From Nemertoderma westbladi (lineage: Eukaryota; Animalia; Xenacoelomorpha), in assembly GCA_032718475.1 (NCBI GenBank), contig JAUCBJ010001767.1, positions 1-37,638 on the forward strand: a stretch of 37,638 nucleotides of DNA. The letters are read 5' to 3'. This document shows positions 10,917 through 22,572 of this stretch, in pieces. The stretch's first letter is position 1, and each line of letters opens with the position of its first letter. The notes beneath the pieces were generated by a model. That model did not search any database and was not told the origin of the DNA. It was given only the letters and a program-made list of their open reading frames with translations. Position numbers and translations under genes: made by a program.

Positions 10917-12275
10917 ATGGATCAACATATAAATTTATTGAAAGAGAAATCATCTGGCGCCGATATAGTTATAAAGAAAGAACAAACAGATTCTATGATT
11001 ATAAAAAGAGAACCAACAGACTCCACCCCCTATTATCTTGATGTTAAACAAGAGAACTGCGTTCACGGATCATCTCCCATCGAAGATCACAACAATTTGT
11101 TCGGTAGAGTAGATGTTGTCCCTGTGCTAGATGACGAAGATATTTCTTATGCACCATCTGGAGATTCTTTTATTGTTGAAAAACGGGAAAACGACAGCCC
11201 AGGCCCAGACTGTTCTTATGGTAGGCCTATTGAAACTGAAGTTACAGAACCGACAATCAGTTGTGCAACAACAGCCTCCGGTAGTTCTAATGAAACGGTT
11301 GGGGAGTTGGTATCTTCTTCAGATACCAGTTCCTGTTTGCATTGCAATGAATTATTCAATAACAAAGGAAATTTAGATAGACATATAGAATCCGTTCATA
11401 AAGACGTCAAGAATAAGTATAAATGCGATTATTGTGAGAAACTGTTTAAATGCAATAGTGCTTTAAAGAGGCATGTTGACGCTACCCATAAAGGTATAAA
11501 ATATAATTGCAGTTATTGTAATAAAGAATTCAGCCAGCAAAGGTATCTAAACACCCATGTGAACTACTTTCATAAAGATATCAAGTACAACTGTTCTGAT
11601 TGTGGAAAATCATTTGCTACAAAAGCCGTACTAAAACGACATGTCGACTCTATACATAAAGATATCAAACACAAGTGCGGTTATTGTCATAAAGAATTCA
11701 GTTACAAACACCTCCTAAAACGACATGTCGACTCTATACATAAAGATATCAAACATAAGTGCAGTTATTGTAATAAAGAATTCAGTTACAAAAACTACAT
11801 AAAACAACATGTCGAGGTCGACTCTATACATAAAGATATCAAACACAAGTGCGGTTATTGTAATAAAGAATTCAGTTACAAAAACTACATAAAACAACAT
11901 GTCGAGGTCGACTCTATACATAAAGATATTAAATATAAGTGCGGTTATTGTAATAAAGAGTTCAGTCTTCAAGGCAGTCTAAACACCCACATTAACTTTG
12001 CCCACAAAGGTATCATCAAGTATAGCTGCTCCGATTGTGGAAAATCATTTGCTAGAAAAGCCGCACTAAAACAACATGTCGACTCTATACATAAAGATAT
12101 CAAACACAAGTGCGGTTATTGTAATAAAGAATTCAGTTACAAACACCTCCTAAAACGACATGTCGACTCTATACATAAAGATATCAAACATAAGTGCAGT
12201 TATTGTAATAAAGAATTCAGCAAGAAAGTGAATCTAAACACCCATGTGAACTACTTTCATAAAGATATCAAATAA
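10917..12275 (+). CDS. C2H2 zinc-finger protein A (452 aa, 11 fingers, acidic N-terminus)
   Basis: Eleven C-x2-C-x12-H-x4-H motifs (two are H-x6-H because of a 6-nt duplication, HVEVDSIH) with KDIK(H/Y)(K/N) linkers. The N-terminus carries IKKE/IKRE/VKQE. Close paralog of 27025-29262. Confidence 0.88.
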   Translation: MDQHINLLKEKSSGADIVIKKEQTDSMIIKREPTDSTPYYLDVKQENCVHGSSPIEDHNNLFGRVDVVPVLDDEDISYAPSGDSFIVEKRENDSPGPDCSYGRPIETEVTEPTISCATTASGSSNETVGELVSSSDTSSCLHCNELFNNKGNLDRHIESVHKDVKNKYKCDYCEKLFKCNSALKRHVDATHKGIKYNCSYCNKEFSQQRYLNTHVNYFHKDIKYNCSDCGKSFATKAVLKRHVDSIHKDIKHKCGYCHKEFSYKHLLKRHVDSIHKDIKHKCSYCNKEFSYKNYIKQHVEVDSIHKDIKHKCGYCNKEFSYKNYIKQHVEVDSIHKDIKYKCGYCNKEFSLQGSLNTHINFAHKGIIKYSCSDCGKSFARKAALKQHVDSIHKDIKHKCGYCNKEFSYKHLLKRHVDSIHKDIKHKCSYCNKEFSKKVNLNTHVNYFHKDIK

Positions 12276-12462
12276 AACTGTTTTCATTGTGGAAAATCAT
12301 TTGTTACAAAAGCCGAACTAAAATACCATGTTGACTCTATACATCAAGATATTAAATAAAAGTCATCAAAGGAATCTAAACAAAACACCCATATCAATTC
12401 TGTTCATAAATATTGAACTACCAGTAACAAAATTGTTGTATTTGTACTGAAATATATATTTG

Positions 12463-12785
12463 AATGGGAGAATCTTTTAGGCTCGTTAAGCCAAGGAATG
12501 CCCCTGTTCACCACCATGGGTGATCTTCCACAGTAAACTCTTCCACTCTGTTTCCTAAAGGAATGCCTGTTCCCCGCCATGGGTAATCTTCCACAGTAAA
12601 CCCTTCCACTCTGTTTCCCAAGTTGCCTTGGTTCCCATTTATCGACCACTGAAGGATGCAAGCCATGGTTGGGTTAGGCTGCAGCATTTAAAGCACTGTG
12701 CCCAAACAGTGCTGCCCCATCTAGGGATCGAGCCAGGGCTCCCTAATCGGAAGCCCAGTAATGTCACCACTAGACCAAGCTGCTG
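12463..12785 (-). mobile_element. tRNA-derived SINE, full length, with internal duplication of about 65 bp
   Basis: The minus-strand head has A-box TGGTCTAGTGG and B-box-like GGCTCGATCCC. The 16-bp TSD CTGAAA(T/C)ATATATTTG lies at 12447-12462 and 12786-12801. The 3' part recurs at 16235-16327. Confidence 0.85.
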
Positions 12786-13102
12786 CTGAAACATATATTT
12801 GTAAAATATATTGGAAAAATGTTTCTTTTAGAGTGAATTAAATATAAAATAAATAGGTGATTGTTGATTTAGAATGACTACAGTCATTACTAACTTTATT
12901 GCAACGACATCCCCTAGAACAGAGACTTCACTTTTCAAAAATTTGAGTGGTTCAAGTGGTTCTAATACATTGATTATCAGGTTATTAATGTTTTCAGGGA
13001 TACTGATTGTAATACAGTACAACATAAACCAAATCAGTTATATCAGTTATCGGTGTTTCAGGGACGGGACCTGTACGAATTTTATAGTCGAAATGGTCTC
13101 TT

Positions 13103-13568
13103 AGGGGTTCATAAAGTATATCACGCAAATTTTCCAGTTGTTTGACCCCCCCCCCCCCCCCCCCCCCTCTGACACAAAAAAAAAGTTTGGTTAATTTATA
13201 CCCCCAGACGAAAAATATTTAATTTCAATAATTTCATAACAGTTAAAAAGCGCAATAGAAAGTGAAACATTTTGACTGAAGTAGTTATTACTAAAAGCCT
13301 ATACTTTAGCAGCTTCAAACTACAGTACTGTACATGTACAAGGCTAACTAGAAGGGGTGCCTTGTTAATGTTAAGGTATTAAATTCAATGTTATTGAGTT
13401 TATTGTTTTTTCCTTAAAGTTTCCCACTTATTTACAAATGTGTTAGTCAAAGTCAAGATATCATAAAAGCATACCGTAGAACATCGCCGTGACCGTCACA
13501 AAAGTCAACCCCCCCCCCCCCCCCTGTCACAAAATGTCACGCAAGCTCGACCCCCCCCCCCCCCCCCT
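13103..13568. mobile_element. Degenerate DNA-transposon/MITE remnant
   Basis: Starts AGGGGTTCATAAAGTATATCACGC, with repeated GTCACA/GACCCCC poly-C motifs at 13143, 13496-13530 and 13535-13567. Confidence 0.35.
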
Positions 13569-13574
13569 GACATT

Positions 13575-13642
13575 CTTGAGACGCATCTTAAAGGACACTG
13601 GCCTTGAAGATGCGGATGATCTAGCAAATATCATGGGAGACA
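13575..13642 (+). mobile_element. RTE-like LINE 3'-end fragment
   Basis: Reads LKDTGLEDADDLANIMGD. A related inverted copy lies at about 14173-14331. Confidence 0.5.
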
Positions 13643-14172
13643 AATTACCGGTGATATAAATACAGTATAGCTATCAGCTAGTATATCTTACGGTTTTACC
13701 CAAACAATACAGCAACCAACCCGTTTTACTACTCACTCTAAGACTCTCATTGATCACGTTATTACTAATATCCATTCATCTACTGTATTTGTTCCCCGGG
13801 TGTCTTCCTAACTGAAACTGGCACATCCGATCATCTGTAATTTTTCTCAATCTTTCTAACTACTCTTAACTTTTTCCAACCTCCAGAGACCACATATGTG
13901 TACGACTATAGCCAATTCGATAAAACTAAATTTCTGAACGACCTGTACAATAAGCCGTGGACTTACAAAACTTCCACTGTACCATTTACCGATAATGATA
14001 AATTCGATAATTTCTACTCAGAATTTACGGCTACTTGTACCACAAATCTACCACGCAAGGCACTTAATAATAATTCTGTCTCTAAAAAACCGTGGTAACT
14101 TTCTTTACGCTAAGTTCGTTAAACACCCAACCACTGAAAATCACAACATCTTTAAATTATACAGTAACAAGC

Positions 14173-14331
14173 TACTACTAGGATCGGCATGCTGTATAGC
14201 AGCTGCATTTTTAAGAATGCTGTGCCGGCTTGTCGACAAAATTGCGCCGCCACAACTCCCAATTACCCATGACATTTGCTAGATCATCCATATCTTCAAG
14301 TGTCCTTTTGCTTTAAAATGCGTCTAAAATG
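14173..14331 (-). mobile_element. 5'-truncated RTE-like 3' end inserted in the CR1
   Basis: The minus strand reads DDLANVMGNWELWRRNFVDK then a short (TAG)n tail. It is homologous to 13575-13642. Confidence 0.5.
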
Positions 14332-14415
14332 CTAATTATAGTGTGATTTTCTCATCTGATGTAGCTAACCATTTTAACGATTTCTTTTCTACCATAGGAC
14401 CAAACTTAGCTTCTA

Positions 14416-15114
14416 AACTGACAACCTCAACACGCAGCCCGACTGGACACATTCTACGGTAAATCTAACTCTTTAGTGGTCACGGAAACTTCAGCTGTGG
14501 AGGTAGAATTACAATTTACTTACTTTACGTGACAGTGCTTCATCCAATGACTATTTCACGATACACCTTGTTAAATTAGCAGCACCTATTATATCTAGAG
14601 TTTACATCTTAAAAATTTTAGTCATCGCAGGGGAATAGTAATAGTGTAGAGTAATGGAGATGGAGAATAAATGAAGAGAATAATAATAAAAGAGAAGAGG
14701 AGAATAGTAAATACGATGAGAAAGAGAGCGGATCACAAATCCAAGAGAAGATACGAGACGAGACGAGACGAGGAGAAGAAGAAGAAGAGCGACGTAAAGA
14801 GACGCTATTTTTACACGTACGGTGATGTTTAAGTCTTGACTTTAAAAAAATATGAAGATGAGAGAGAGAATTGGGAACAGTCTCGAAGTAAATCTCAGTA
14901 TAAGTAGATGTAGGCCTATTAATTAATTATAGCTAACTGACAACCTCAACACGCAGCCCGACTGGACACATTCTACGGTAAATCTAACTCTTTTGTGGTC
15001 ACGGAAACTTCAGCTGTGGAGGTAGAATTACAATTTACTTACTTTACGTGACAGTGCTTCATCCAATGACTCTTTCACGATACACCTTGTTAAATTAGCA
15101 GCACCTATTATATC
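14416..15114 (+). repeat. 180-bp direct duplication flanking a 339-bp purine-rich insert
   Basis: 14416-14595 and 14935-15114 differ by about two substitutions. The intervening 14596-14934 is GA-rich. Confidence 0.9.
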
Positions 15115-16113
15115 AAGTCATTTAGCCTACCTAATTAATCTAAGCATAAAACAAGGCCACTTTCCTAATTCTCTTTGCCGATGACACCACTCTCATGCGA
15201 CGTAACCGCAATCTGACTCCTCTAATCGACTCTATGAACTAACTGTATGACGCTAACCTGCTCTATGACTGGCTATGTGACAACCGACTAACGTTAAACA
15301 TTGATAAGACCGAATACTCCCTATTTAAAAGGTCCAGATTCCTATCTCAATCTCACGGTCTATCCATTAATAGCCAACCAATAAAATTTACATCGGCATT
15401 GAAGTACCTACACCTACAGTAGGTATAATTATCGACAATAATTTAACGTTTCGCGATCATATAAGCTACGTTCTTAAAAAGATATATAGAACCTGAGGTC
15501 TTTTCTATAAATAATTACGTAATATTGTCAGCCCACAGATTTTGCGGATGCTCCTTTACTCGTTAATACAGTATATACATACAGTACATCTATACTACTG
15601 TCTCATTGTCTGGGGTGGCACCTATACAATTCTGTCTCCCGACCTTTGCGAACAAAAGTAAATAAAATTCTACGTTGTATTACATTCAGCCACAACCGGC
15701 CCTCCGCCTTTCCAATGTACCAACAACTACGCATACTACCTCTATATCAACTTTTCCAATTCCAGATCCTCTCACGATATTCATACAGTAGTAACCCCAC
15801 CCGGCCCCCCTCCTACTTGTTTACTAAGGCTTCTTCAATGCACTCCTACAGCACCCACTCTGCCTCCGCAGGTTTGTACCACCTGCCACAAGTCCGTCTT
15901 ATTGTCCGTCACCAGTCTGATCTGTTCAAGGCCCTTTACTCTGGAAATCCTTGACACAAAATATCCGCAGCTGCTCCAGCCTGAATATCTTTAAATCAAA
16001 ACTTAAGAATTACATGCTTGAAATCTTTGATACCACAAGATACTGCCATATATTTCAATTTCAGGTCAGTATTTCCCGCCAAACTCGATTTTAGAATATT
16101 TATACAAACCTGC

Positions 16114-16507
16114 GCCCATGTGAAGAATACCACGATTTCACTTTTCGGTCGACTTTTTATTGTAATTTTATATATGAAGATTTTTTATTTTTTTTTAATT
16201 TATCTTTATTAAGTGTTTTATAGCGCTTGTTTCTAAGGCAACTTGGGAAACAGAGTGGAAGGGTTTACTGTGGAAGATCACAGGTGAACAGGCATTCCTT
16301 GGCTTAACGTGCCTAAAAGATTCTCCCATAGCGCTTGTTTCTGTCTTATAACCTGTACATATACAGTACTAATTCGTTTATTGTTTTGGTTAAATTCAGC
16401 CCTTCTGTAACCTGCGTTTTTGGTGAAAACCTGGTATTCTTCACATGGCGGTAACTGCAAAGTGAAATACATATAACGACAGAAAGTCTGGTATTCTTCA
16501 TATGGGC
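16114..16507. mobile_element. MITE-like element, copy 2, interrupted by a SINE
   Basis: Collinear with 399-674, with the same GCCCATGTGAAGAAT inverted repeats. Confidence 0.75.
16235..16327 (+). mobile_element. 5'-truncated SINE copy (93 bp)
   Basis: Matches the 3' end of the SINE at 12463-12785. A perfect 15-bp TSD ATAGCGCTTGTTTCT lies at 16220-16234 and 16328-16342. The empty site is seen in MITE copy 1 at about 503-517. Confidence 0.9.
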
Positions 16508-16726
16508 CTAAACCAGTAATAATATATTCACTCAAAACAGCTGATTTTACATACCTTTGCTAATTATATTTTAATATTTCACATTTATGCTGTCACAATT
16601 ACAGTCAACACCAGTTATACTAAAGTTATACTAGGTCTCTGTCATGCGCTCTAAAATATATATAAACATCCCTTCGGCATGTGGGTGTTCCGAAGCTGAA
16701 CTACTAGCGATGTGCTACAGTATAGT

Positions 16727-19700
16727 GGAGGACCGACCACCCGCACAGTACCCAACAGATTACAGGAGGACCACCCACACAGTACCCAACAGATTACAGG
16801 AGGGCCACCCACACAGTACCCAGCAGATTACAGGAGGGCCACCCACACAGTACACATCAGGATTACAGGAGGACCACCCACACAGTACCCAGCAGATTAC
16901 AGGAGGGCCACCCACACAGTACACATCAGTATTACAGGAGGACCACCCACACAGTACCCAGCAGATTACAGGAGGGCCACCCACACACTACCCAGCAGAT
17001 TACAGGAGGACCACCCACACAGTACCCAGCAGATTACAGGAGGGCCACCCACACAGTACACATCAGGATTACAGGAGGACCACCCACACAGTACCCAGCA
17101 GATTACAGGAGGGCCAACCACACAGTACCCAGCAGATTACAGGAGGGCCACCCACACAGTACCCAGTAGATTACAGGAGGGCCACCCACACAGTACACAT
17201 CAGGATTACAGGAGGACCACCCACACAGTACCCAGCAGATTACAGGAGGGCCAACCACACAGTACCCAGCAGATTATACAGGAGGACCACCCACACAGTA
17301 CACATCAGGATTACAGGAGGGCCACCCACACAGTACCCAGCAGATTACAGGAGGGCCAACCACACAGTACCCAGCAGATTATACAGGAGGACCACCCACA
17401 CAGTACACATCAGGATTACAGGAGGGCCACCCACACAGTACCCAGCAGATTACAGGAGGGCCACCCACACAGTACACATCAGGATTACAGGAGGGCCACC
17501 CACACAGTACCCAGCAGATTACAGGAGGACCACCCACACAGTACCCAGCAGATTACAGGAGGACCACCCACACAGTACACATCAGGATTACAGGAGGGCC
17601 ACCCACACAGTACCCAGCAGATTACAGGAGGGCCACCCACACAGTACACATCAGGATTACAGGAGGGCCACCCACACAGTACCCAGCAGATTACAGGAGG
17701 ACCACCCACACAGTACACATCAGGATTACAGGAGGGCCACCCACACAGTACCCAGTAGATTACAGAAGGACCACCCACACAGTACACATCAGGATTACAG
17801 GAGGGCCACCCACACAGTACCCAGCAGATTACAGGAGGGCCACCCACACAGTACCCAGCAGATTACAGGAGGGCCACCCACACAGTACACATCAGGATTA
17901 CAGGAGGGCCACCCACACAGTACCCAGCAGATTACAGGAGGGCCACCCACACAGTACCCAGCAGATTACAGGAGGACCACCCACACAGTACACATCAGGA
18001 TTACAGGAGGGCCACCCACACAGTACCCAGCAGATTACAGGAGGGCCACCCACACAGTACCCAGCAGATTACAGGAGGGCCACCCACACAGTACACATCA
18101 GGATTACAGGAGGGCCACCCACACAGTATCCAGCAGATTACAGGAGGACCACCCACACAGTACACATCAGGATTACAGGAGGACCACCCACACAGTACCC
18201 AGTAGATTACAGGAGGGCCACCCACACAGTACCCAGCAGATTACAGGAGGGCCACCCACACAGTACCCAGCAGATTACAGGAGGGCCACCCACACAGTAC
18301 CCAGCAGATTACAGGAGGACCACCCACACAGTACACATCAGGATTACAGGAGGACCACCCACACAGTACACATCAGGATTACAGGAGGGCCACCCACACA
18401 GTACACATCCGGATTACAGGAGGACCACCCACACAGTACCCAGCAGATTACAGGAGGACCACCCACACAGCACACATCAGGATTACAGGAGGGCCACCCA
18501 CACAGTACCCAGCAGATTACAGGAGGGCCACCCACACAGTACCCAGCAGATTACAGGAGGGCCACCCACACAGTACACATCAGGATTACAGGAGGGCCAC
18601 CCACACAGTACCCAGCAGATTACAGGAGGACCACCCACACACTACCCAGCAGATTACAGGAGGACCACCCACACAGTACCCAGCAGATTACAGGAGGACC
18701 ACCCACACAGTACACATCAGGATTACAGGAGGGCCACCCACACATTACCCAGCAGATTACAGGAGGACCACGCACACAGGTAGGCCTACCCAGCAGATTA
18801 CAGGAGGGCCACCCACACAGTACCCAGCAGATTACAGGAGGGCCACCCACACAGTACCCAGCTGATTACAGGAGGGCCACCCACACAGTACACATCAGGA
18901 TTACAGGAGGGCCACCCACACAGTACCCAGCAGATTACAGGAGGGCCACCCACACAGTACCCAGCAGATTACAGGAGGGCCACCCACACAGTACACATCA
19001 GGATTACAGGAGGGCCACCCACACAGTACCCAGCAGATTACAGAAGGACCACCCACACAGTACCCAGTAGATTACAGGAGGACCACCCATACAGTACACA
19101 GCAGATTACAGGAGGGCCACCCACACAGTACACATCAGGATTACAGGAGGGCCACCCACACAGTATCCAGCAGATTACAGGAGGACCACCCACACAGTAC
19201 ACATCAGGATTACAGGAGGACCACCCACACAGTACACATCAGGATTACAGGAGGGCCACCCACACAGTACACATCCGGATTACAGGAGGACCACCCACAC
19301 AGTACCCAGCAGATTACAGGAGGACCACCCACACAGTACACATCAGGATTACAGGAGGGCCACCCACACAGTACCCAGCAGATTACAGGAGGGCCACCCA
19401 CACAGTACCCAGCAGATTACAGGAGGGCCACCCACACAGTACACATCAGATTACAGGAGGACCACCCACACAGTACCCAGCAGACTACAGGAGGGCCACC
19501 CACACAGTACCCAGTAGATTACAGGAGGACCACCCACACAGTACACATCAGGATTACAGGAGGGCCACCCACACAGTACCCAGCAGATTACAGGAGGACC
19601 ACCCACACAGTACCCAGCAGATTACAGGAGGGCCACCCACACAGTACACATCAGGATTACAGGAGGGCCACCCACACAGTACCCAGCAGATTACAGGAGG

Positions 19701-21486
19701 ACCACCCACACAGTACCCAGCAGATTACAGGAGGGCCACCCACACAGTACACATCAGGATTACAGGAGGGCCACCCACACAGTACCCAGTAGATTACAGG
19801 AGGACCACCCACACAGTACCCTGCAGATTACAGGAGGACCACCCACACAGTACACATCAGGATTACAGGAGGGCCACCCACACAGTACCCAGCAGATTAC
19901 AGGAGGACCACCCACACAGTACCCAGCAGATTACAGGAGGACCACCCACACAGTACACATCAGATTACAGGAGGGCCACCCACACAGTACCCTGCAGATT
20001 ACAGGAGGGCCACCCACACAGTACCCAGCAGATTACAGGAGGGCCACCCACACAGTACCCAGCTGATTACAGGAGGGCCACCCACACAGTACACATCAGG
20101 ATTACAGGAGGGTCACCCACACAGTACCCAGCAGATTACAGGAGGGCCACCCACACAGTACCCAGCAGATTACAGGAGGGCCACCCACACAGTACACATC
20201 AGGATTACAGGAGGGCCACCCACACAGTACCCAGCAGATTACAGAAGGACCACCCACACAGTACCAAGTAGATTACAAGAGGACCACCCATACAGTACAC
20301 AGCAGATTACAGGAGGGCCACCCACACAGTACACATCAGGATTACAGGAGGGCCACCCACACAGTACCCAGTAGATTACAGGAGGACCACCCACACAGTA
20401 CACATCAGGATTACAGGAGGGCCACCCACACATTACCCAGCAGATTACAGAAGGACCACCCACACAGTACACATCAGGATTACAGGAGGGCCACCCACAC
20501 AGTACCCAGTAGATTACAGGAGGGCCACCCACACAGTACACATCAGGATTACAGGAGGGCCACCCACACAGTACCCAGCAGATTACAGGAGGACCACCCA
20601 CACAGTACCCAGCAGATTACAAGAGGACCACCCACACAGTACACATCAGGATTACAGGAGGGCCACCCACACAGTACCCAGCAGATTACAGGAGGACCAC
20701 CCACACAGTACCCAGCAGAATACAGGAGGGCCACCCACACAGTACACATCAGGATTACAGGAGGGCCACCCACACAGTACCCAGCAGACTACAGGAGGGC
20801 CACCCACACAGTACCCAGCAGATTACAAGAGGACCACCCACACAGTACCCAGCAGGATTACAGGAGGACCACCCACACATTACCCAGCAGACTACAGGAG
20901 GGCCACCCACACAGTACCCAGTAGATTACAGGAGGACCACCCACACAGTACCCAGCAGATTACAGGAGGGCCACCCACACAGTACACATCCGGATTACAG
21001 GAGGGCCACCCACACAGTACACATTAGGATTACAGGAGGACCACCCACACATTACCCAGCAGACTACAGGAGGGCCACCCACACAGTACCCAGCAGATTA
21101 CAGGAGGACCACCCACACAGTATCCAGCAGATTACAGGAGGACCACCCACACAGTAGGCCTACCCAGCAGATTACAAGAGGACCACCCACACAGTACCCA
21201 GTAGATTACAGGAGGACCACCCACACAGTACCCAGCAGATTACAGGAGGGCCACCCACACAGTACACATCCGGATTACAGGAGGACCACCCACACATTAC
21301 CCAACAGATTACAGGAGGACCACCCACACAAAACCCAGCAGATTATAGGAGGACCACCCACACAGTACCCAGCAGATTACAGGAGGACCACCCACACAGT
21401 ACACATCAGGATTACAGGAGGGCCACCCACACAGTACAAATCCGGATTACAGGAGGACCACCTACACAGTACACATCAGGATTACA
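16727..21486 (+). repeat. 34/35-bp variant-repeat satellite, array 1 (about 138 units)
   Basis: GATTACAGGAGG(G/A)CCACCCACACAGTAC followed by either CCAGCA (34 bp) or ACATCAG (35 bp). Confidence 0.97.
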
Positions 21487-22135
21487 ACAGTCTGCTGTGC
21501 TATTATTCATGTAATACAGTATTTCGTTTTGATTGAGGAAAAAAGAAATAAATTCAATAATTCAATTTAATAAAAAAATTCCTACTGACTGAGACTAGCC
21601 GTCATTCACCGCTGCCATGAAGGAAACATAAGTGATAAAATCAACAGTCAGGCAGTTTAATATTAAATCAATTAGATAGGTCAGTAAAATAATAAATGAT
21701 ATCGGCCAGAGTTTAAACAGTTAATTCGCCACACCAAAACCACCCGTGCAATTTCCGTGACTTCCTGAACCCAATATTAATAAACTAAATCACCCATAAC
21801 AAAATGCAAAGAAAATACAACCCCCCAAGCGGTTGTGACACACCAACAATTAATTACCAGATTGACTGATAGCGAACAATGTCCCTAACAACATCCCATG
21901 CTGTACAAGGCGAATAATAAGCCAAGGTGAGAACGTTAACAGCTATGAATGGTTGGTTAGAGCAATAGTCGCATCAGCCAATAGGAAACTACTATAGCTA
22001 TAGCTATGGTTACAGGGAAACCCCCTACAATAATTATTATGACACACCCACACCACAGGGTACAACAAACGTATAGGCACAACATATAATTAATAAGGCC
22101 CAACTAACCAAAAACATCCAACCAATCACTTTACG

Positions 22136-22245
22136 GGGTGTCGACGCGTTACGGCTAATGTCGCGTTACGGCTAATTTTTTGAGAGATTCGCCGTAACGC
22201 GACTTTCAAAGTCGCGTTACGGCTAATTGTCGCGTTACGGTCTAT
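22136..22245. repeat. Cluster of GTCGCGTTACGGCTAAT repeats, probable transposon subterminal region (duplicated at 25040-25149)
   Basis: Four direct copies plus one inverted copy (GCCGTAACGCGAC). Confidence 0.7.
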
Positions 22246-22572
22246 TGTCTTGGTTTTACATAGGGAATCATTATCAATATTATTCTATGGTGTTTACGTA
22301 CAGATGAGGTCCGAAAAATGTAATTCAATGTTTTACAGCATGGGAGTCTCCGGGGGGGGGGGGGGGGGGGGGGATTTTACCAGCTTTCATACTGTTTGTT
22401 CTTCGACAACCTCACATTCAATATAATATTGTATTCTATGGTATTCTTAGTCACAGCCCCAAGCACAGGTACCGAATACAGCCAATAATACCAGTCGAAG
22501 AAGCAATGAGTGGTTTTGTGGAACATATTCCACTACTTCATATCGATGTTGTTAACCAACGCCTGGCTCGCT

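Larger units (their letters stand above)
13690..16022 (+). mobile_element. Decayed CR1/L2-clade LINE ORF2 with internal deletion and insertions
   Basis: Fragmentary frames read TLIDHVITN and SDHL (APE end), FDKTKFLNDL...KKPW and VANHFNDFFSTIGPNLASKL. LINLSIKQGHFPNSL is fused directly to FADDTTL. Later frames read WLCDNRLTLNIDKTE, KYL-GIIIDNNLTFRDHI, YCLIVWGGT and FKSKLKNYML. Confidence 0.88.

Noticed and set aside
10917-12275. Naming the ZF genes PRDM9 or KRAB-ZNF
   Set aside because: No SET, KRAB, SCAN, BTB or ZAD domain is visible. Only the evolutionary pattern is similar.
12714-12785. Functional tRNA gene
   Set aside because: A and B boxes are present, but the acceptor and anticodon stems pair poorly, and it heads a TSD-flanked SINE.
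16644-19070. 808-aa ORF and the overlapping ORFs on both strands in the satellite
   Set aside because: The unit lacks stops in most frames, and mixed 34/35-bp units cycle through all three frames. This is satellite translation, not a conserved protein repeat.
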